Shown: positions 51,001 to 64,000, counted from the stretch's first letter. The stretch: DNA of 64,000 nt from Balanoglossus misakiensis (GCA_040954595.2 CM082594.2:8439573-8503572), one strand, 5' to 3'. Notes: generated by a model from the letters alone, not told the origin. A program made the numbers and translations.

Positions 51001-54000
51001 AGCGTTCGCTGAATGATGGCGAATCTTATGAAGCATGGCTTGACTGAGTTTGCCCCTATATTTACCACTGACTAATATAATTGATTCTCTCAGAGTTCAG
51101 TCAAGATTAAACAAAAATAAATGTAATAATGTTAGTGTAGGAATCAGGCACGGAAATTTATTTGTGGAGCTTATCTGTGTACGGTAGTGTTGCAGCGAAT
51201 TTACTGACACTCGTATTTACATAGGAAAATAAACTGTACATGTGTTCGCCATAAATTTCCAATTGTCGGTACACGTTGACTCAGATACGTACAGAATGAC
51301 GACTGGCTTTTACGTTTCTGATAAGATTAAGACAAAAAGTCGGCTATTTCTTGACTAGGGGCTGATAATATTTGCCTCATCCCATCAATTATCAATCCAC
51401 TTAGGAATTAGGTTGAATTTTTTTTTTTTATATTTTGTACATATGATAGTAAGAACTGTCAATAAAATACTGTTGACTGTACTCCACATATTGATTACCC
51501 TATAAACTTTATCTTTCAAGTTTCTGTTTGAGCGATGAACTCGGCCGATAAGGACATCGTAATAGGTGCAAATGCTGAAGCCAATAGGCGTGCAGGGGGA
51601 TCTCACGACCAATGTGACTGAGTGGTGTGAGCGTTTTCCTGTATCAGATGGCACTGTCTCTTTCCGTGTCTGATGCTGCGCTGCTCGTGAAATCATTGGA
51701 GCAGAAATGAAATATACGCAGCCAGCCCAAATGTGAAATATTAGTCAACCCCGGCTAAGGTAACTCCTGAATGAAGTTTAGAAGGCAGAGAGAGAGAAAG
51801 ATGCGAGCTGATGATAGGCGTGTATGATGGATGGCTATGTCAACTGCAATTGGTGTGGAAATGTCCCGCCAATTCATAGCGCGGATTTACATACAATAAT
51901 GAACAAATGTAGGCTGCCATAGACGCGAATCCCTTCCCAAGCCGTGTGATTTCACTAAAATACACAAAGCAAAAGCCTGCTTTAAATGGATTCCATGTTG
52001 GCTAAATCACTTAGAAGTGAATGAATCAATCTGTAAATAGGATTTTCTAGTGGCATATTAAACCTTCACTGTCCTCCTGACTATATATACTTGCATCTCA
52101 GTCCAGATTACTTAATGTCATTAACATAAGTGTACATGTACTCTCTCTCTCTGTATCCATCATTTTATTGTCTTTCTGACATCTATTTTTCTATCCTTAT
52201 TCCCTACTTCAAACAAACTTGACAGATGATTGCCCCTCACCTCCCCTTACAAGCTCCGTTCCTTAACCCGATTCATTGAAAAAGAAATTCAACATTAGAG
52301 CATGTACAACTGAATTAAAAATATGTACAAATTAATAATTCAGATTTATATCCATGTTCTGAAAGTGTATTTGCTAATTCTGTAACTCTGATGTAATTTT
52401 TAATTGAATGATTTCTGCATTTGGCAGATGGCAAGTTTACAAGTTACAGTACGCTGTCGTTCAGGCTTTTAGCAATCTCTGAAATTTTCTTGCTTGAATT
52501 GTATTTTATTTTGAATATGGATTTTCAGTTACATTTAAGGATACACGTGTTTAAAAGATTCTGACTGTCGTCTCAAGTAGAATAGTGAACAGAAGAGTTA
52601 TAAACGCAGAAGCCCCTCTAAAACATTCCTGAAAAAAATGTGACAAATTTGGTGAGAGTTTGCACCATTTGATGCATGAAGCTTGTCGGCAGGCATGTCT
52701 TATTCATTCACACGTCAGATGTGGGAGCGTTTGAAGTGAAAGTTTTCCCAACAGATCTTCTCTGCAGTATCTTGACATTTCGGAAAAAGAAACCCCAAGG
52801 TACTAAACAGAACCGCGACTTGCTCTGGTTAGCTTCATCCTTTCCCTCGGTGTATTATCGATGTCGGTTATGGTAGCTTGGACTTGAAATCCATACACTC
52901 TTTGTGAATAGAAAGTATTTTCAGTTGTGTGAATGTTTAAAACGTATGCCGTGGGATTTTGTTTGTGGAGGCAGAGTGACCTATTTTTGTCTTTCTTGAA
53001 TTTCTGTGTTTGCTTTTATCATCATAATTAAGACCATAAGTGAAAAACACTTTTGGTAGCTTTATCATATTTATCTTAAATTTTGATTTAAATGAAATAT
53101 GTATTAATGTTGTATAGCAGTGTTTTATTTAAAATTAAGTTCTGGTAAATTGACAAAGTTGTGTGTAAATTGTCAAGCTGGTTTTCACTACAGCGTAATC
53201 CTGATCTGCATCTTTTAATCGCAATATTAAAAGCCATATCGCGTCTATAAAATTGGTACTAAAGTTAGCTCAGTCCGTTTTCAGATTGACAAGTTTTTAT
53301 GCACGGTTATATACGTTGATAACTGCTTTTAGAAGTGTTGTGAATGAAGTTTGAATGGACGAGTGCAGCGGTGTCAGTCGTCCCACTAAACCCCGGGAAA
53401 AACCAACAATGCCCTGCAGACAAACTGCCGCACGGATCTTTTATACGTCAACCGCCGGAGCTGAAATGGGGGGTAACATTTATATTTGCATTGCTTTGGA
53501 CTGATTTGCATTAATTAATGACGGCGCACATGTGACCCGACCTTGCCAGTCAAAAGGAGGGGGGAAGTGTCACTTTGGTTCCCACCACATTTAATAGCAA
53601 TACTGATGTGAGAAATATTTCGGAAAGACAGGATTTAGACCTCAGATGCTCATGTTGGCGGACTGGTACATTAAAAAATACATAAGCGCGCGGCAAGAAT
53701 CAAATGAGTGGGCCTGATTGCATAGAAAAGGTAAATTATTCTGGTTATGTATGAATTAATGTGTTGAGTGTAGAAAGCCATGCCCTTGAAAATAAACCAA
53801 ATTAGAGAAATTGAAACAAGAAATGATGTAATTATTATGTATTAAATGTCCAGAGCAGACTTTTACTGTGAAATGTAATAAAAACAATATTGCGTACCAA
53901 TTTATTAGCATGCTAATAATATTAAGGTTTTTGATACGTTGTGTGTCCCATAGATAAGGTCGACTGGAGGAAAGACAAATTATGCAAAATGGCATATCCA

Positions 54001-57000
54001 TTTTTCTAAATTGTGAATAATACTGGGTGAATTATTATGTCCGGGTTTTTTTTTCTTCTTCTTTGCTGCCTCCGCTGAGAGCCATGGCAACAGTAGCCTT
54101 ACATCGACATTTTTTAATCACACTAGTGTATTGAATGACTTCAAAGCAGAGTTTAATTCCTGGTCATAAATGATGGAGTGGTCTTACTTTAAGGTGGTAC
54201 GTGCCTCATGAGAGATTTTCAGAAAAACGATAGCTCTCCAAACTGTTCAATAGGTGCCTTTGATTTTGAAACAACTGTGGTACTCTTAGAAATAATGAAT
54301 ACAACAGGCCAGTATGCTCAGTGAATACTTATGCCTTTGACTTCTAACTTACGCACTTTCTGAGAGAGAGAGAGACAGAGAGAGAGGAAGAGAGAATGGG
54401 TGAGGTAGAGGATGGAGAAGGGAGAGGGGGATAGAGTCTTGGGAGGGGGAGATTTTAGTGAAGCAGCAAGCAAATTTGCCAAGACAACATCGTAGCCACT
54501 GACTTATAAAATGTAACATGTATTGGAAAACACAAGTCTTGAATTGGCTCAGTGGTGTGAGAAAAAGCCTGTGTCGTTTTCCGACAGAAAAAACAGCCAT
54601 GCCTTTTTTGTCCAATTTCAAAGGGAAGTTAATATTTCTTTGTAAGTGGAAAGAGCTACATAAGAATTAATTAATTGTAGCATTTATATGCTGAAGTAGT
54701 GGGGAAAGTGGCTGGCAGGGTAGCGGTAGCAATATAATCTAATTTTCTAGTGAGTGGTCTTCTGAATGGTAGTTTTAATAACGTCCTATTATGCTTGACA
54801 AGTGCCTTTTGTGTCCGTCCACAGCACTGTGCGCCAAACTCCAATCACATGTATTCATTTACATATCAGATATTTCCGTCCGAGTACATACGACAAGCGA
54901 AGCGCTCCATGTACGTGTGTAGTCGCCACCTGATTCGAGAGCTTGTAACATTGTTTCGAATACACGGTGGAAAACGCCAGTCATTTTTATCTCCGTTTGT
55001 ATTCTGAACACTTGCCAATACAAGGATGTTTAGCCAGCGGCTAGTGATCAAAGCCCTTTTCTATTATCTTGCCAGAGTTCATTCGACTCTATTATTACTT
55101 TTTGTCTCCGATAATGCATGGAATAATATTTGCAGTTTAGTCGGTTGTAGTGGCAGGCCCTACTGGATGAGATTACGTATCTGAGTAGGCTTGACATATA
55201 GACGATTTGAGACCGCTCCTCCTCGTATTGACTCTGATAGTTTGATCGCAGATAAGCACTTCCCTTTTTGTGTCAAGTTCCAATCGTAATGATGCGATCA
55301 GTATACATAATGCTGAAGTGAAGTTGATGTACTGTTTCAGGAGAGAGAGAGAGAGAGAGAAAAAAAGTGTATTTCGGCTAAGTAGATGGGGCTTGCGTGA
55401 AAGCGAGATAAAAACCTGTACCTAACCCGAGCAGAAGTAGATCCCACCGTTGAAGGATAGCCTCCTACGGTCTCAAGTGAAAATTATTTTAGCCTGTGCC
55501 CTCTGGAAAAGTTAACGTGCGGCCACATCAAAGAGAGAGGACGGCGCATTGTTATTCCGCAGTCAGTACATGGGAGTTTAAGAGATTGGCCGTTTCGCGT
55601 GTGTCGAAGTCAGTTATTTCGTGGGGAACTAACCATTGCAATGCAACTCATCTGTGTGAATGATTGGACAAAGAGACAAAAAAAACGGATTATCATGGAT
55701 AAGTCATGAAAACTGTGGTCAGACTTTATCAAGATATGTAACATTATCAAAGACTGACCCAGGAACAAATTAAATTGTAATTGATAGGTGTGATTGAGTG
55801 ACTAGACTTCACTGAGTTACCCTTCCGTCGCTGTTTCCTTTGTCAACTTGACTAGCTGTTGCCGACTGGTGATTTCTGCACCAACGTTTTGTTGATTGAC
55901 CATTTCTTGATATCTCATGATGTGTGTCGTGACCAAAATGTCTGGTGGTTCTCATCCGGTGGTTTTATCTGGTGATTCCGTGAGTGAGTGTGATGGTTGT
56001 TGCAGCTGATGCCTAACTTTTCTACCTTTTATTCCTAATTTTCCTCTCATCTTTGACTCTGAATTGTAGCTGGTGGTGTTCAGTGTTGTACCCGCCATTT
56101 TGTCTGGTGGTTGTCTGTTCTAACACAGTTTTATGTCGTTCTGGTGATTCAGATTATCTTATTTAGATCTCAGAAACTTTGATATCTGTCTTTGGTCTTC
56201 AGATAACAGATACAGGCTGTTTTACTACGCATTTTTTTGTTTGTGTTTGTGTTTGTATTTGTTTTATATTTGCATTTATGAATTGTCGTTTGTAGTGGTT
56301 CCTGCGTTGGTCTTTGCACGTGCCTATGAAGTCACAATGTGAGATGTACATGTATGTTTGGCCAAGATCCACATTATTTCACTTTCACCTTCTGTTTGTG
56401 TTCAGATTGATCCCATCTATGTCTTCATGTCAGATGAATTGAGTCGGAAAGCATTAGGATTCCAGTCAGGTTTACCCGTACTAATAAACTAGGTGATATA
56501 TTCGCTTAATTTTAGCAAATACATTGAATTAAATGAGTCAATTACTGAGTATCACCCTGCGCCTATGAACGCATGCATAAAGTGTATAAATTTAACACCT
56601 ACTTTCAAGTTTATTTTAGACACTTTGCTGTTTATTTTGTCGCCTAACAGTACAAACCCTGATTGGCCGGCAACATTTTAGACACATTGACTCAAATTAA
56701 CGGCAGGGTGGTAATGGGGTGTCTACATTTCTGCGCTGTTAAAAAGAACTCCTTGTTACATCTGAGTGGTTAGTACAGCCGACATTATGAAATGTCACCT
56801 CTGTGCGTATACATTTGTTCCTCATTCTTAACCAGCAGTTTAGTGCACTTTATAAAATGAAACGTAAAATTTATCCCAGCGGTTGCTAATGCAGCTTTTT
56901 ATTCAGCGAGAGCTGTAAGGGTATGTATTAACGACATGCTGTTTTTTTCATCCGAGTGGACCCTGACTGGGCCACTCTGTGGTTGATTGTGCTATTCATG

Positions 57001-60000
57001 GCTACATGTGGAAATATTTACTAATCATCATCAGCACGGTCAATGGTACGTTTATTTCATACACGTCTCTGTTCGGTAAATTAACAGAGAAAAGTATGAA
57101 GAACTAAATAAAACAACCAGAAATAAAAAATTACCGGTAATGGTAGTTTTGATACTAATTTTGTTCTGGAAACATGCATTCTGTAAAGGAATTGACAGTT
57201 GATAAGAAAAACACATCGTTGTATACCTTAGATGTGAGAGAAACCATGTTATGTACTAAACTAAGTCAAACATGCTTTTAAGAAAACCCACCACACCTAA
57301 ACGCCTCTGAATAACGCTAGAAAAAACAAGACCATCTAAGTTCTCTTGTGTGACTGAGAAATGTAGCACAGCGGAACCAAAACATCGAATAGAGAAGAAG
57401 AATGTGTGCATGCCGTAACTCAAATACACCGTTGAAGAATGCCACTAACTCAAACTGCGGAGAAAGAAAACTGCATTTACTCTGACTGGAAAATCCACAA
57501 AAGGAAAAATTAAACCTTGCATGGTATGACTGCACGGCTTTCAACAAACAAAACAGTGATGTCATTGCTTGTAAAGACCGTGTTAGTCACCTGGTGTTGA
57601 GGCTCACGTAAACCAAACTGTTCTAAATGTGTCTTTTCCGTTGCGAAACCTCGACTGTGTGACAGGAAAAAGCCATCGGGTTTTGCCGGTGTTTGCACGG
57701 GACGGAACAAGAGACCGGAGTTGAATGGGTCTGGTTACTGTCCTTGTTTGTTACAGACGAACCGCTTCTGGTGTAAATATGGCTTTTTAAGTGTAATATT
57801 GACATCCAGAGATGGTACAGTGGTGAACAAACACAGTCATTGATTGAATCTTTTGAATGATATAATTGAGTCATTATCACTTTTAATAGTGATATTATTT
57901 TCATAATAGTTATTACGAGAAGGGTCCTCTTGAAAACGAGAACAGGCATGAAATGTTAAAATAATACCGGTAGCTGATGTTTGTAATGGGAAATTTAGAT
58001 TCAAAAGGGTTTTTGTTTCAGTCTTTTGCACTGCATTGTCTCAGTCACTCACAGCCTTGCTTTAGTTAAGAATTCAGAGCTGAAGATGCGCTCGCGCTGC
58101 TTGGCTGGGTTCTGAGCGTTATTTATTGGTGAAAACCAATACAAGTAATGAGAGGTGTTAGCAGCAGATGGTAAGAGAGAAACAGCGTTCTCATCAATGT
58201 GATGAAAACTAACGTCAAAGTCAATAATCTTCTCGGCATTTATACTCCACACTCTGCATATGCATAATGTACTCTTTTTTTTTCTCCCAGCAATTGTAAT
58301 CCGTATAAGTTGATTAAGCAGGTAGTTTTCTGATCAACTCTTCCTACCTTGATTACACAGTGGTTTAATAACATCTATAGTAGCAACAAAAACATGATTA
58401 TACTGGTGCAGTAAATTTATTAGAAGAATTTCAATTGAGCGGGCATCAGAATTAAGTAGTAGTTAGAATTGGAATGTCAATTTGTCTGTAGTGTTATTCC
58501 CCACTGGAGTTGAATGGAGTGGGCAAGTTATTCATTAAGACCCCTTCAATATGCTACATAGGATTATGAGTGTGACTCCGTGTCGTAGGATGTAGTTGAC
58601 AGATGTGTGATGGATTATCCAAAGCTGTAATTTGTTGCAGCTTGGTGTGTGGAGATGTTATTACATGATTTTGGGACGTTATAATGCTACCACAATTCTA
58701 TTACCCACCACTGCATTACTGCCCATCTCAATAAAAAAAAAAATCCCCAACCTCCTGTTATGACGTACACCCCCTCCCCCCCCCTCCCAGTAGCACCCAT
58801 GCACCTCTCCCAAAGTCACCTCCTCCTCTGATGAGATGCCCGCTCATTAGAGGAAACGTGCTGCAAACGTGCACGTCTTCGTACATCGCTAAGAATACAC
58901 CACACCTGCTGTAGCGTATCCATGGCAGTATACGTAACCCCCGACATTTCCCCGATCATTACAAATCTTGTAAAAACTGGACTTCAGATTTCATCAGAAC
59001 TTTGACATCGATGCATCATACAAATATTGCAATCCTAGCGTCTCCAGTGTTTTGTCGCATGTATTAGTTTAGTGTTATGTTGAGTTTATTGGTGCATTTA
59101 ATCCCAGTTGATGCAAAAGTATCTTTCTGCTTACAATCAAGAATTTGCACATTCATATCACCTTTCGTCAGTGCAAAATTCCGTTGAAAAATTTTGATGT
59201 CAAATATCCTTGGAAAACCGCAGGGAAAACTCCCGGAAGTTCTGGAATTTTAGTGGCTGGGAGCTTGTGAACTCTGCAATAAACAGACTTAAGGACAAGG
59301 CATTATTTTGTTGTCATGACATCTATACATCCGGCGTGAGAATGATTGATATTCTGATGACATTCTTTTCAATCAAAGACAACACTTATTACTCTCGCTT
59401 CTGAATTCATGAATGTCCACTCATAAAGATACCACCCTGATCGCCAATAGTTCAAAAACTTCAGCAGGGATTTCCAAATTTCATATGTCCAAACTTCAAA
59501 CCTTTTAGTGGCTCAGTGAAAGTCCAACTGCCTGAAGTTTTTCAAATTTCCATTTCCAGAAGTTCTTGCAGTTGCCATGGTGATTCATTTTTCTCAAATT
59601 TTCAGTGGAATCTTCAGTACCCATCTCATCAAAGGCTGTATTCAGTGATATTTCTGCAAAATACTTACCTTTAAAACGTGTCATGTCTTTATAACGTCCA
59701 TCCTTACCAAGTTCTAATCACATTATTATTTTGCACGCAGTTTACAGCTCTCAACCCATTTACCTCATCAATCACTCATTCGTGGGGATTTTTGTCACCT
59801 GTATCTACCAAAATATTCATTACAATGCCTTGTACCATCCGCACAGGCCCAAATCTGTGCAAATTTGAGCGAAAACTACACACCCCTGCCCCCCAATTCA
59901 TTATAAGTCTGGTGACATTTGCACCGCCATATATGTTGTAATTTTCGTAACACCCTTAATTTCCAAAAACATTGCCGTTTTCATTATGTCTTCAATCCTC

Positions 60001-60470
60001 CAAGTTATTGCAGTGCAATATCTAGCAGCCACAATTCCCCAATCATTGTAATTTTGTAACACCCACACGCTGCAAATTCATTATAGCTCTCATAACAACT
60101 GCACTCATGAAAGGCATTCAACTTCTTATAGCATTTACACTTCAAAGTCATGTAATTTTCATATCACTTAATTCATTCGTGGGACACAACCCCCATCCCC
60201 CCTCTCTCTGTCTCTCTCTCTCTCTCTCCCAAACACCTGTACTCTCTGTGAAATTGATCATGATTGTAATTCTGCCGACACCCACGCTCAACAAGCTCAC
60301 CGCAATTTTCCCAATACCCAAAAGTTGTCTCCTCTCCTGTGGGACTTTTACACCTGCTGGCTCCTCAGAACACATTTCACTTAACCCTTTCAAGTTCGTA
60401 TTTTAATCAAGTTTCCATATCTTTCTTCTCTTTTCTTTTTCATGTGATCTGCCAATCTGCCGGAAAACAG

Positions 60471-60482
60471 GACTTCACAAAT
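60471..60482 (+). CDS. Sowah: Sowah 12-nt microexon (GAC TTC ACA AAT = DFTN)
   Basis: cag|GACTTCACAAAT|gtaagt, phase 0-0. Supplies exactly the DFxx expected after ...LYKQK and before GxTALHW. The following exon was not found and is presumably beyond the window. Confidence 0.82.
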
Positions 60483-63094
60483 GTAAGTTTTCTTTCATAT
60501 ATATATTTTGTTGAAAAGTAAGTACATGTAACTGCATTGTGTCACTGAAATAAATAAGTCTCCGTCTATTAAACATCGTCCAGCATTGAACCCCGGCTTT
60601 TTAACCGTGCTTTAACCATTGCAACAAAAGCCAAACTACCATTAGACGCTTAACTTTAATAACCCAAACAGTTCCGGAGGTCTTAACTCAAATTTGCATG
60701 ATAGAAATATCTGCCTTTTGTACGATACGTGTAGTTTTGCTCCGAATACAAGCGACGATGTGTTCAAAAGGAAGCCAGGGAATCGGTAGTAGAACTTTTA
60801 TTTTTACTTCTTGTTTTGTCGTCGCTCTGTTCCTTCGCTGTGAAGAGGTTTCTATACGTGGTGGGAATGTTATGTGGGAGGGTTGATGTGTTACACTGTT
60901 AAAATCGAATCACTGTGTGTGGAAGAGACACAGCCCAAGACTAATCTCGTTTGTGCTCCTGTGATTAAGAAATTTGCATTCAAGCGAATAGGATACGGGA
61001 GCCTAAGTCTGTAAACTGGTTAAATTCACTGAAAAGGGAGGTGGGGGAACTTTTTGTGAAAGGCTAAAGAAAAGCGAGTGGACAAAGTTGAGCCGGACAG
61101 CTTTGTAGTGCCGACAAGAGAAAGTGATGCATGGTCTACACCAAATGAGGGGTGGATAGTACAGCCTGCAATTTACATGTACTCATTAGAAAAACAAGAA
61201 CATTTACACAGTCCGACTAGTGCAGAATAAAAACCGGCAGCTGTTTCACAAATTGCTCGTATTGACAAGTTCCTAAGCCGCTCTCTCATAAATCAGTCCG
61301 ATCCTACACATTTTCCACTTTCAAATCGGACCAGAACGGTAGTTTAAATACTCCTAGTAAAAAAAAAGTTCGCCCCGACATTTATTGTTGGTGTCTGTCT
61401 TATTATGTGCGGGAGACCAGCTGTCACTTCATTGCGTTTTCTTTTTTCTCTGACACCATCCAAGCTAAACAGGACGACATCAGTTATTCTTGGCCATTGG
61501 CAAGGAATCAGTCAATCACAAAGGTGTGACTGCTCTAACAGCTTTTCTATCTCCAAACATAAACAAACTGGCACAAAGAAACCGGTACAGTCGACAATAA
61601 CCTGCATGGCCCACAGCTTTTTGCCGCTGTGGCTATTAGTACACACCCTTCAAAAAAAGTAACCACTGGCACAGTGACTCGCAATCTACTTCAGCGCTGA
61701 CTTTTCCATTTTCTTTTGATTTGCTTTTATTCTTCCCGGCTTTGTCCGTCGGGCTGCGCCTTTCACCGCCATGGTGCCGTGGACATATATACCTACATGC
61801 CTGACTGAATCTGTTTGAAAACCCACTACCGACTCAACCACTCGGCGCACAGGGGGTAAGTACGAGCAATTGACAACACAGACAGGCCTTTCAATCATCC
61901 TGACTGCAGCCAAAGAAAGGGTATCTTTCTTGAATACTCCTGAGAGAGCCCGAGAGATAATAATATTATGAATCCACTGATAGGATGCCAATGAGTTGTT
62001 ATACATGCTTATTTAGCCGAGGAGGAAACGGTGATGAGATAGTGGGAGAGAGTGAAGGCCAACTTATGCTGTAGTCATTAGGAATAATGAGCAAGTTAGT
62101 TAAAACTGGCATTTCATTACACATGATTATTACCACGGCGTCAAGTCATCATTCTTATCGGGCTCATCTCGTCTCTATCATTAGAGATGTGTAGGACATC
62201 CATCATTACCTGGAGGAGAGGAACAGGCAGCGTCTGTGTATGCTGCTGTGACTCAAAATTTTTTTTCTTCTTCGAATATCCCTTGCAAGTCGGCATTATT
62301 GACAAAACAGTCTGTCTGGCAAAATCGTGTCAGATCTTGTCTTACACCGGTCACATCATTGTAGTTATTCATGTCATACATTCAATTCAATCAGCACTGT
62401 TTATCCCTCATCTCAGCTGTGTGTACACTTCAACAACCCTTCTCCCTTTCAACTCAGTTGTGACATCATCATTTCCCTTCATCAATGTCAGCATATTTAA
62501 AAGTCACCATCAGAAAAGATTTCCAGCGTACTAAACAAAGATGTTCATTTTCCAATGTAATTTGGCCGACTTCCTTAAGTCAATATTGTATTCCACTTTA
62601 ATTGAGTCCAAATTGATCCCAAATTTCGTATTAATACAGAAAATGTGGCAACTGGAACATTCAATTCCTACAGGAGGATAGTGTATAATTAAAACCATAC
62701 AATTTATTGGCACTTAAACAGTTTTGCTTTATACGACTCGAAATCGCTAATGTGATTTTCATCTTCACTTGTAGGAGTTGAGATTAGATTGAGGAAGTGG
62801 GAACAGATGAGGTCACAGTTGATGATTATTTATTTGGTGCCCTTTCGTAGACTTTGCCAACAAAAAAGTATGACATGGCTGCTACAGGATGTCACCACAA
62901 AAAGATGGATAATTTCTAGGCATCTACGTTGGTTCATTAAGTTTTACAAAATGTTAACATTGAAAATTACAAAAAATAAATGTGAATAGCAATAGTACAG
63001 GTGTTTTCGCAGCTGAGCTAGGTGCCATACATCTATGATTGTATAATACAAATATTAAGAATTATCTAAATATTTGTATTAACACAATTAGGAG

Positions 63095-63095
<1 letters not shown>

Positions 63096-63134
<39 letters not shown>

Positions 63135-63184
63135 ATTTATGTATGTATGTATGTATGTGTGTATGTGCATGTATGTATGCATGT
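63096..63184. repeat. (TG)n + degenerate (TATG)n microsatellite
   Basis: Seen directly. Confidence 0.92.
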
Positions 63185-64000
63185 AAGTTCCAACAGGATC
63201 TGTTAAATCACTATTCAAAGCTTACAAATACTCAAAAATTTAATTTGTCAAAAGAGACCCTTTAAGATGTTCAATTCACTATACAGAATAATTGGATATC
63301 ATTGCTTTGAATTGGTAAACACAGCACCACTATGCTCTACTGACTCGTAACACAGTGTTACAGAGACAAACATGACCTGTACATACAAACTGTATTACTT
63401 CCTACAAGTGTGGTCAAATTTGCAAATGAAAATCCTTGTGAAGTTTCACAGTTAGATTAAAAGTAGAAGTCGGGACATCAATTTCTGTTGGTCGATAAAT
63501 TACAGGAGATCGCGAGTTAATACAAGAGACAAAACAAAGGAGAGAAAGGGATAGTATCTGATTTGAAGTGGAGCATATAAAATGTAGACATGGGGTCATG
63601 AATGCAAGTTGTGAACTGACAAGTTTGCAGATTAAACTGGGCTTGTAAATAAATGAAGAGTTGATGAAATAGCCGGCGTAATCAGCTGTAACTTGCGCTG
63701 ATCAGGCGGTAATTGGAACTGTGCTCCGTGAAGAGGCCCCGAGTAATTTGCCATTGGAAATTTAATTGTACCACTGTTCATGTTGGAAAAGTTAAATAGT
63801 GGTGTGCGGCGATGAGGGGAATGAAATCACCCAGACGCGCTCGTTAATCTCCGCGCGAAGAGCAATCGCTGGCAAATCAAATTGACTTCTGTTTGGATAT
63901 TCCTGTTATATATTTGACGACATTTCCACTCTCTTGCCGTCGGGGTCAGATAAATTGTCAATACACTTTTTATGACGTGGCAGCTTTTTTTTTCCTCGAC

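Noticed and set aside
60483-64000. Search for the next Sowah exon (GxTALHWAAK)
   Set aside because: No such coding segment with a splice acceptor was found; the gene appears to continue beyond the window.

Overview
Eukaryotic (animal) genomic DNA, AT-rich, with spliceosomal GT-AG introns and microsatellites, so most entries in the six-frame ORF track are noise. Two intron-containing genes lie head to head. (1) On the minus strand is an Iroquois (Irx) TALE-class homeobox gene with six coding exons from 6016 to about 2635. It encodes about 486 aa if it ends at the TAA at 2635-2637, and has the N-terminal CCEGGRP..TDP..GQTVCSCQY box, the homeodomain with the PYP insertion, an acidic tract and the IRO box KPKIWSLA. 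(2) On the plus strand is the 5' part of a Sowah (sosondowah, ankyrin-repeat) gene starting at 23126, with very small exons in very large introns, running off the right edge. This pairing is the known bilaterian Irx-Sowah genomic regulatory block. An intron-rich Sowah excludes tetrapods, and an invertebrate deuterostome such as a hemichordate is my inference only. The best hidden signal is a 12-nt in-frame microexon (60471-60482, DFTN) 17.5 kb downstream of the previous exon, with an SRRM3/4 (eMIC)-type upstream architecture. Other leads are a possible internal alternative first exon of Sowah (50026-50100), a 7-bp duplicated splice donor that could switch the Irx C-terminus, a CpG-density step at the Sowah start, and several candidate intronic enhancers. 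All exon models were assembled by eye from splice signals and reading-frame phase; no database search was run.
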